Positions 55,140 to 64,000 of a stretch of 64,000 bases of DNA are shown in pieces. The stretch covers positions 142,352,001 to 142,416,000 of the forward strand of contig OX597816.1 of the NCBI GenBank assembly GCA_951406725.2, written 5' to 3'. Made by a program: the position numbers and the translations under genes. Every line of letters begins with the position of its first letter. The first letter of the stretch is position 1. Source of the stretch: Octopus vulgaris. Lineage: Eukaryota. Below the pieces are notes generated by a model. That model did not search any database. It was given only the letters and a program-made list of their open reading frames with translations, and had not been told where the DNA came from.

Positions 55140-56810
55140 TTGCTGTTGTCTGGCCTCAGCTTACCAGTGACTCAGCCTATGATAAATGGTATTCCAGCCA
55201 TGAAGCCTCTCTTTCACATTCTGTATATCATGGATTACATTGTCCAGTACATGGTTTTTTTTTAAGGCAGTGGGGTAAGTTATTTGAGGGAGAATTGGGT
55301 AATGTTTGTAATAACTTAAGTAACTGATTAGAAGCTCTGTCAATGGTTACTTCATAGAGGTCCCCTTAGTTGTTGTTAAATTCTATACTAGCTCTGATTG
55401 AGCAAACCTACAAAAGAAGTTCTAGTCATGATCTTACTGCATCTGAGGGACTTTTTTGTCTGATCTACTCTTCCCTTTTTTAAGATTGTTGAGTGTTTAG
55501 TTTGAAAACAATTTGACTGCTATTTCTGGTACTTTGAGCCTCTGCTCAGTAGCTGGCTTCTGTCTCTGCCTTTATCCAATGTTTCACATTGCTTTATGTG
55601 TATCCAAGGATCTAACACCATTCAAAGTATCGATAAATTAAATAAATTTCCTGGTGGAATTTTAAAATAATATTGATTAGTTTCAAGTTACATGTGTGTA
55701 AACTGTTTCTATCTTTGCTTAGATGAGTTTTTTTTGTTATTGTTTTTAGTCCTAGATCAGGTATGATGGAGTAAGCTTATGAACAAAGACAGTCCAGCTG
55801 AGACCATCTCATCCTTTTGTATATTGAGAACTACATAGTCCAATATATTTTCTTTAAGAAAAATTAGCTGCTATTTCTAGCAAGGTGTATGATCACATAA
55901 TGGTACCTTCATTGACTTTTAGGTGTTTGAGGCTGTTGTTGGTTATCTCTTAGTCAACCCTGATCAAGCAGACCTATATTCAAAGGCATTCTTGCCATGA
56001 TCATCCCATCTTTTCGAATAGTTTATTTCAAACTAGAATGCATTCTTTGTTTTGTTTTTTTATTATTATTTTTTTTATATAGTCAGTAAGGTGTTGTTTG
56101 AAGGACATTTGATTGCTTTCTTTTAGTATGTTGAATGAGTGCATTTGTTATTGTAAATATTTCAGGAAGACAGTATTTTTGTTTTAATGTACCCAATACA
56201 GAAACATGAGTACTTTCAATTAATCATATGTTGATGTAATACTTCACATATTTACTAACATGAATATGTAAAGAAAGTAGAAAATATGAAGCCATCATGT
56301 TTTCACATTTACCAAGAGTATTGACTACAGCTGGAAATTGAATCACATGTTTGGTACGCTGTGAACTTACTGTTATTGTGTAGTGTCTTCTTTTCACTTT
56401 CTTTAATTATAAAGGAGTGACCATATAGAGGAAACCTCTATATAGTTGCTTAACCTGCTGGCAATAGCAATCAAAACTCTCTCAAATCATACCCATGTCT
56501 TAAAAATGAGCAGGGCTTATTTGATAATGTATGCCTAACCAAAAGACATGATACTTACTCACTCACTACTAGAATATTTTTGATCATGAGTCTGCTCTAT
56601 TAGGGCTAATCTTGAATTAAACAATAACTATAAGGAAAATGAGGTAAAAGAGTCCCTATGTGGCCATTCAACCTGCTAGAAATAGCTGCAGTCATTTTCA
56701 CATTGCACTATACTGTTTTAAAAAGGAAAGGATATGTAGTTCTAGATGATAGCAGCAGTAATATTTGGTCAAAGAGGTCTGCTCGATTAGGGTTACAGTT
56801 CTTATTTGAA
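55140..56810. mobile_element. Cluster of about six family E copies (four plus, two minus)
   Basis: Recurrent GACCTAT..TCAAAG..ATTC..GCCATGA and GCTGCTATTTCTAGC motifs; inverted AACCTGCT.G.AATAGC at 56452 and 56670. Confidence 0.65.
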
Positions 56811-57538
56811 GTTACTACACTTCCCTTAATCTTGTATCCAGTTCTTATTCATTGTTATTATCTCCTATATCCTGATCCAGTTTTTACTCAAAGTTTTAAA
56901 TATTTTATCTGTAACGTAGTTTGCTGAGATCACATTTCACTTGTACATTCAAGTTTTTGCATGTTTACTATGGTTGGGTATCACTCTATAAAGTGCACTG
57001 AGAGCATTTTATCATGCTACTGCCACTAAAAGGGTTAAGAGTTATCATTTGTCCCATGCAACAAGAGGTAAAGTATCTCCCTCTGTCTTCTGTCAGTTCC
57101 TCGTAGGCAAGTAACCTGCAATGCAACTTATGGAGTCCATATTTTGATCATACATTCCTCAACTATCAGACATGGGTCAAGGTAGTAATCAGATGTGGCT
57201 TGGCAAAAAAAAAAAACAGTCTATATTAAGTGAATAGGGAGGAAGGAGTTGCCAAGGTATACCACAGTTTCAAGAAGTTATGTTTCGTAGAAAGATAGGT
57301 GGAGGGGTGCATCAGCTTAAAGTGTAAAAATGTTTATATGAGAGAGAGGGAAAGAAAGAAACACACCAAAGGTGGCAAAAGAAGGAAGGATGGATGGTAG
57401 GTAGGTAGGTGGGTAGTAATTTGCCACAGAGACATAGATGTGGGGGACATTACAAGGATGGATAGCAGTTTGTGTGAGAATGAAGAAAATGGGGAGAGAG
57501 AAATGAAAAGACAGCAAAATGTGATAATAGTATAACAT

Positions 57539-57902
57539 AGGCACAGGGGTTGCTGTGTGGTAATAAGTTACCACGCAGCTTAGGCAAGTGTCTTCAACCA
57601 TAGGCTCGGACTGACTGATGACTTGTGAATGGATTTGATTGACAAAAACTGAAAGAAGCCTGTTGTGTGTGTGCATGCATGTATGTCTTTACGTGTGTGT
57701 TCGTCCCCACCACTGCTTGACAACCAGTGTTGGTGTGCTTATGTCCCTGTAACTTAGAAGTTCAGCAAATGTCACTGATAGAATAAGTACCAGACTTTAC
57801 AAAAAGTAGGTACCGGGGTTGATTTGTTCAACTAATATTCTTCAAGGCAGAGCCCCAGCATGGCCACAGTTTAATGACTGAAACAAATAACACATAAAAG
57901 AT
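57539..57902 (+). mobile_element. Family A SINE with internal head deletion
   Basis: GCTGTGTGGTAA...GGCAAGTGTCTTC...AACTGAAAGAAGCC...GATAGAATAAGTACC...CCCCAGCATGGCCACAG. Confidence 0.88.
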
Positions 57903-59598
57903 AACATACAAAGTATATGATAACATGAATGGTGCAGTCCTCATGATACAGGAGAAACTCTTGCTAGGGCCAATCAAGGAACCCTGCAGATCCAAGATTA
58001 CCCTGACCACCAAAGGTACAAACCCTCTCCCAACTGTTGCTTTCCAGTCTACAGGTGCATGCTTAGAGTAGAGCCATTCATTCTAACAATTTTTGCTGTG
58101 GTCACGCATCTTTTCCCAAATTCCCTGGGAGGGAGCACTTCCATCTCCACCCTCATTTTGCCTTTCCAAATAGAACTTTAAAATTGTCAACAAGGGCTTC
58201 ACCGAAGAAGGTATCTTTCCTCAATCCATTCAGCCATGTCCAACATCTACCAAAGAACCTCTTTTACCTTAGCCACTACACAGAGGAACACTGCCTCCCC
58301 ATCCTTATTAAAGGTGCATGGTGGGTTGATTCTCACAATGGATTTGGCTGAAAATCGGATTCATGCTATGATCTAATGTTGATGATGTTGATAATCCTTT
58401 CTACTGGAAGAACAAGGCCTCAAATTTGGGGGAAGGGATTCATTTGAGTACATCAACCCCAGTGCATAACTGATACTCAATTAATCAACCCCGAAAGGAT
58501 GAAAAGCAAAGTCGAATTCAGCATATGAAGATAGACAAATATTATAATGATGATGATGATAAATAATAGTAATAATAATAATAATAATGATGATGATGAT
58601 GCTTTCTACTATAGGCATAAGGCCAGCAAATTTAGGAGAGGGGGCAAGCTGGTTACATTGACTCAAGTGCTCAACTGGTACTTATTTTTGTGCCAAAATT
58701 TGAGATCAGTATTTGTTATTTAAACTTAGCAACCTTATGTATGTGTTCGTGTTGATGCACAGCAACCATTAACACTTACAATATTACTAACATTATGTGT
58801 TATAGTGAGGTATGTATGTGTGTATATATATATATATATTATTTGCTACCTAAAGTTTTGCAATCAGATGATCCTCAATTGTACTTTATAAGACAATAGA
58901 AATTGTGAGTGAGGCCAAATAGATACTGTAGTAGTTGTGTTGGTGGGAGTGCAAAGGTTGTAGTATCAATGTTAGAAACAGAGGGAGGATACAACAATGT
59001 TATATTAGTATTTGTAGTGTTGAGTAAAATTTTGCCAGTTAACTGATTAACCTGAGGTGGAGGTGGGGCTATTGTATTTGTGCATGTAGCAGTTCCAAAT
59101 CTACTCAGTCACCTAGACTTACTCAATTACAACAAGAAATATAAGTTTTTGTTTCTCTTTTATTTTTCCTTATTACTTCAAATGGTAATTAGCAAACTAA
59201 TTACTTTTGTTTCATCTTTTCTACATCTACTACTTCTGGAATTATGCGTCTGTGTGTTTAGGTATATATTTCTTTTTGTATATATTATAAAATATTATAG
59301 CTGTTATTTGCAATTGAGCCATGTTTTAAAATTTAAGGTACACATGTACTCATTAGCAAATAAAGATTCCTTCTCAACCTTCCCATCCTTTATCCTGCTG
59401 AACATTTAGGCTGTAACAGCTAGGGGGAGAAAGTGTTGAGCCAGTGCTGGGCTAGTGTGTGTGTGTGTCTGCACATGTGTGTCTGCATATATACGAATAC
59501 ACATCTGTGTCTATATATATGTATATATGCAGATAACAACTACAACAGTAAAGGGATATAAAGAGAATTTTTGAAAAGTCTTCATGTTTTCAGTTTTA

Positions 59599-59700
59599 GC
59601 TATAGTAGAAGACACTTGCTCAAGGTGCCACGCAGTGGGACTGAACCCGGAACCATGTGGTTCATATGCAAGCTACTTACCACACAGCCACTCCTACACC
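59599..59700 (-). mobile_element. Family A SINE tRNA head
   Basis: Reverse complement reads TGGCTGTGTGGTAAG...GGTTCCGGGTTCAGTCCCACTGCGTGGCACCTTGAGCAAGTGTCTTCTACTATAGC. Confidence 0.9.
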
Positions 59701-60149
59701 CATAGTCAATGTTTATGTGAATTTATACAATAGGCAAGAAGTTAGTTTTTGAAGCAGTTGTCCAAAAATTTTCTCTTTCCCAAGTTGACTTTGGCAAGTA
59801 AAATTCTGTAATATCAAGGAGCACAAAAACAAAAGTTACATTAAGGTTTAATCTCATGACACTGTAAGCTAGACCCTTAAGTTCTTTGTCAATGGGCAAA
59901 TTTATTTTATATAATGCTTTGGGGGAACAATAGCATCATTGGTTATGGGTTTCCAGTGAACAAGTCACCACTTATTGCATTCATTGATGGCTGGTGAAAG
60001 TAACAAGGGATTGTTTGTGCAACTCATTAGAACAAATATCTCAAAAGAGCTTTGTTCGAAAGTACCAGTTTCATCATCTTTCTTGATATTGTTTAGCATT
60101 GTTTATATCTTTCAGTAATATACATTGCGAAAAGATAGAAACATATATG

Positions 60150-60189
<40 letters not shown>

Positions 60190-61371
60190 TAAATACACAC
60201 ATGTAATGTGTGTGTGTGTGTGCATGTGTGCATCTATATATATATAGAGAGAGAGCTATCTATATATACACATGCACTCACACACAAATATATACATGCA
60301 TATACATGAATACATACGTGAGATTGATATGCACTCACACACACACACACACACACACATACAGTTTGCTTCTGCATTTTCTCCATCTATCAAATTTCAC
60401 TCACATGGCATCTATGATGATGTACATTGGAATCAAACCTGGAACTATGTGGTTGCTAAGTGCCAAACATCTTGCATGTGCCATTGTATGCAACAATTGA
60501 ATAGTCATGGGCAAGTGGTGTGTTATGAGTGCATATTTGGCTTCTATGTTGGTGGTGGTTTGGGTGGAAGATGTTTAGCAGTTTTTAAGAGATAGATGGC
60601 TGGTAGTGGGCTTTTGGGGGCATGGTAGTTGATAGTTTGGGTGTGGTTGGATTGCAAAGTTATTACGGGTTGGTGGATCATGGTTGGCATTTGGTGGTTA
60701 GACTGTAAACAAATCAAGGAAGGGGAATAAAGTATTGAATACTAGAACAGACTTCAGTAAATGATCAGAAAGCAAGAAAAGAAATTATTAAAGATAAGTG
60801 AAAACGAAGAATGGTTGTCATGCAGTGGTTCAAACTTGTCTATAAATAACATTCTTTGATTCTACCTTAACATATCGGCTTTTGTTTTTGTTGTTTGTTT
60901 TTATTATTTAGACCCAGATTAGCTCTGATCAAATAAACCTATGATCAAAGATATTCCAGCTGTGATCATCCAGTCTTATTTTCAGATAAAATGTTTTTAC
61001 GAAAGCATTATCCAAATGTTCTTCCTTTTTTATGATGAATGAGTGTCTGTGAACTGTGGCTGCTAGTTCTTGCAAGTTTAATTATTGCATTGAGATGCAT
61101 TTGTTGTCTCTTCAGTTTCTGTTGATGGTTATAGTTTTGTGATTGTAATATTCATTTCAGATGTATGAATTATAAAATTCAGTGAAGAGAGGGAGTTGTC
61201 GGTTGACTCATTCATGTTTTGCTCCATGAACAGTAACATTATTTTTGAAATGACGTGCTATTAACTAGGATTTGAAACCAAATGATCAACTATGCTAGCT
61301 AGGATCAAAGGACTACTCAGTGATCAACCTTGTGATGTACTACTGTCGAAGAATCAGTTTTGAACAGTGAA

Positions 61372-61505
61372 ATTCATCACCATTCAATGTCCATTTACCA
61401 TGCTGGCATGCATAGGGCAGTTTGACAGGAGCTGGTTACTCAGAGGACTGTGCCAAGCTCCACTATCTGCTTTGGCATGCTTCTACAGCTAGGTGCCCTT
61501 TTCAA
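61372..61505 (-). mobile_element. Family B SINE tail, degraded
   Basis: CCATGCTGGCATG and TTCTACAGCTAGGTGCCCTT are reverse complements of family B motifs. Confidence 0.65.
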
Positions 61506-62289
61506 CAACAGGGAGACAGAGGTAATCATAATAACTTTGGAGATAGAATATCTCATATTCTCTCTAAAAAAATTATTTACATGGATATTGTTCTTTGGAA
61601 AGAAAAATATTTGCAAAATTATGTTAAGAAAGAAATTTGCTCCTAAAGTAATACAAAGACAGATAGCTGTTCCACTTTAATGCAGTTGAGAACTGTGAGC
61701 TATTTCATTGTTTATATCATCTCCTTTGCTTTTCTAAGAGGTTATGGCATTTCCTGTTTACCTATCAACATCAGCAGATGGTATTGCAAATTTCCTAGGC
61801 ATTAAATAGTCAAGAGTTAGATTTTTCCTTGGTTAGAACTAGCAAACTAATGCAGGTTTCTCTGTGGGAAGATTGAAGACCAACACTAATCTAATGAAAC
61901 CACATGGGTTGGCCGTTGTCTTTGATGGCTATGAACTGGACCATTTCATTATATTTACTTTACAACTATATAGACTGAACTAGAATTGTTTTGTTTTTAT
62001 GTGTGTATGTTCGATGAAGACATTGTGTTGTATGGTAAAATATAAGTTAACTGCTCAGCTACAGATCAAGTAATGTTAAAAAAACCTCAACAGCCTGCAA
62101 TCTCTCTCCCCCTCATAGACTGCTTTGAAATTTTGCAATTAGCCAGTTGTAAAAAACTCTTTAAACCTACCAAATGAATTCATTAAAACATTAATAGTGT
62201 GTTAAAATTAATATTATATGAATAGAAATTTATATCATGTATAAAAAAAGTTAATATAGATTAAAATAGTGTGTCAGAATATTGTTTAC

Positions 62290-62578
62290 TCATCTCAATA
62301 CCAACCCGCCCCAAACTTCCCACATTAAAGTGTTCGTAATTTAATTAAAATCTGAACAAAAATCTCATTAATACATCAATGCTAATATGCATGTTTTAAT
62401 GTAAGAATATTTTATTAAGTTTTATTCCAAGCACCAGCTTAAAGATACCAATAAACAAACAAGAAGTTTGAGCTGCAATTATTTGACAAACTCCCTTCTA
62501 ACTCTTGGTTATTTTGAAAATTAATTGAAACACCTAGGCACCATATTCTTGTCAGAAAGTCGATTGCAAAAGTGTTAA
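62290..62578. mobile_element. Possible degraded piggyBac-like MITE
   Basis: ATACCAACCCGCC start and AAAAGTGTTAA end; weak. Confidence 0.3.
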
Positions 62579-63626
62579 AACACTTGCTATATTTTATATC
62601 AGATGCCTATTTTTCTGCAGATTTTATCTTTTTCCATCCTAAAATTGTCATTAACAAAATATTGATCTCATTGATTGATAGATAAATAGATAGATAGATG
62701 GACAGACTGGCAGGTAGGCTGACAGATGGATAGGTGAACTGTCAATGATATGATACAAAAGTATATGTACAAACTGACAGATTATCAAAATGGTAATGTT
62801 ATTCTAGAATATTCCTTTTTAAAAACAAAAATAAGAAATTTCATTGAATCAGGAGAATAACTTTGAAAATCGTAAAATATGTATTAAAAAAATTAGTGTT
62901 TTTGAAAAAAATTTTTGCTTCCAAAATAAAAATTAATACTTTCAATATTTTGCCCCTTTGTAACATGTTGACCAAATGCATGTGACAAATAAAATATCTT
63001 TTACTTTGCTCCATGTTTGTGGAGTAATTCAGCTGTAAATAATTTTTTTTATTTATCTGTTAATAATTAATTAATGAAACACACATTGCTAATTGTCTTG
63101 GGTTTGATGAATTTATTAATCACAAAATCTGCTTGATACGTCTCAACAGATAGAAATTCTAAATGATTTTAGTTTCTTTCTGCATACTGGTCTCTCACAC
63201 TTTCTCTTTCACACTCTCTCTCTATCTGTCTATCTATCTAGATATATATATATAAAGGATAGATTCTAGTTTCTATTAGACTTGATAAACTAGTCTATAA
63301 ATTAAAACTACCCCCCCCCCCCCACTAGTAAATCTGAATAACATATATAATCAATGATAAGCAGTGTGTTCCTTTGAAAAATCTCAGTTACAACTGTGAT
63401 GTTGATAAAACATGTTCTTTGTCTATCTACTTATTCTCTTTGTGATTTTGAATAAAAAGAAAACTATACAAACTAATCCTTTGAATTTAACTAAATTCTA
63501 TATTTTTATGCAGCTGAAGATTCCTCTACATTTTAAATTGATGTAATGTTTGCATTGTTCAATTAAATAGAGTCGCATGAAACAATCATACTGCATTACC
63601 TCTGGATATCCTTCTTGCTTTTTTTG

Positions 63627-63666
<40 letters not shown>

Positions 63667-63729
63667 TACACACACATATATATGTGTGTGTGTGTGTGGA
63701 TCAAAACAATTTGATCCAAATTTGTTGGT

Positions 63730-64000
63730 ACTCTTGAGTTTCAAGTGTGATGCTAATCGTCAGCTCGGCAACCCCAACTGCCAGCTCTGCCTCCACGAAA
63801 AACTGCATATCCTCTAACAACCCACAGTATCCATCAACAAAAAATATGATTTATTGTTTTGCTGTTACCAGAGATATGCCCTTGTGGCAAATTTCAGGCC
63901 TCTGACTGGCAACAACCTGGATATGCCACTTTAGCACCAGCTGTTACTCTGCACCGCCTGCACCAAGGTCACTGCTACCAACCAACCCCATGAGCAGGAC
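63730..64000 (+). mobile_element. Penelope-like element remnant (C-terminus of GIY-YIG endonuclease)
   Basis: 63776-63901 translates NCQLCLHEKLHIL*QPTVSINKKYDLLFCCYQRYALVANF, matching the recalled Penelope pattern C.LCL.EK..I....LNK..E....C.H; it follows a TA/CA/TG tract. Confidence 0.65.

Noticed and set aside
59625-59700. tRNA gene
   Set aside because: A/B boxes belong to a SINE head that continues into the SINE body; no full cloverleaf.

Overview
AT-rich, repeat-dense animal genomic DNA; the SINE and microsatellite complement suggests an octopus (inference). The window looks almost entirely intronic. One convincing coding exon was found (14645-14767, +), encoding the end of the last laminin-G domain of a neurexin IV/Caspr (CNTNAP)-like protein; its neighbouring exons were not found. 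The rest comprises several SINE families, CR1-group LINE fragments (one young 1.9 kb RT copy), Helentron-type and piggyBac-type non-autonomous elements, Penelope remnants, foldback elements, a recent ~955 bp tandem duplication and about 5 kb of TA/TG satellite. All long ORFs except the LINE RT are microsatellite artefacts. The most notable candidates are: an exon-intron duplex resembling an ADAR editing-complementary sequence; a minimal Penelope-type hammerhead ribozyme with a compensatory U3-A8 core between two large TA arrays; a SINE with a tandemly amplified pseudoknot module; and a repeat-poor island near 45 kb with a C/D-box-like motif and a candidate cassette exon. Repeat boundaries were read by eye and are approximate.
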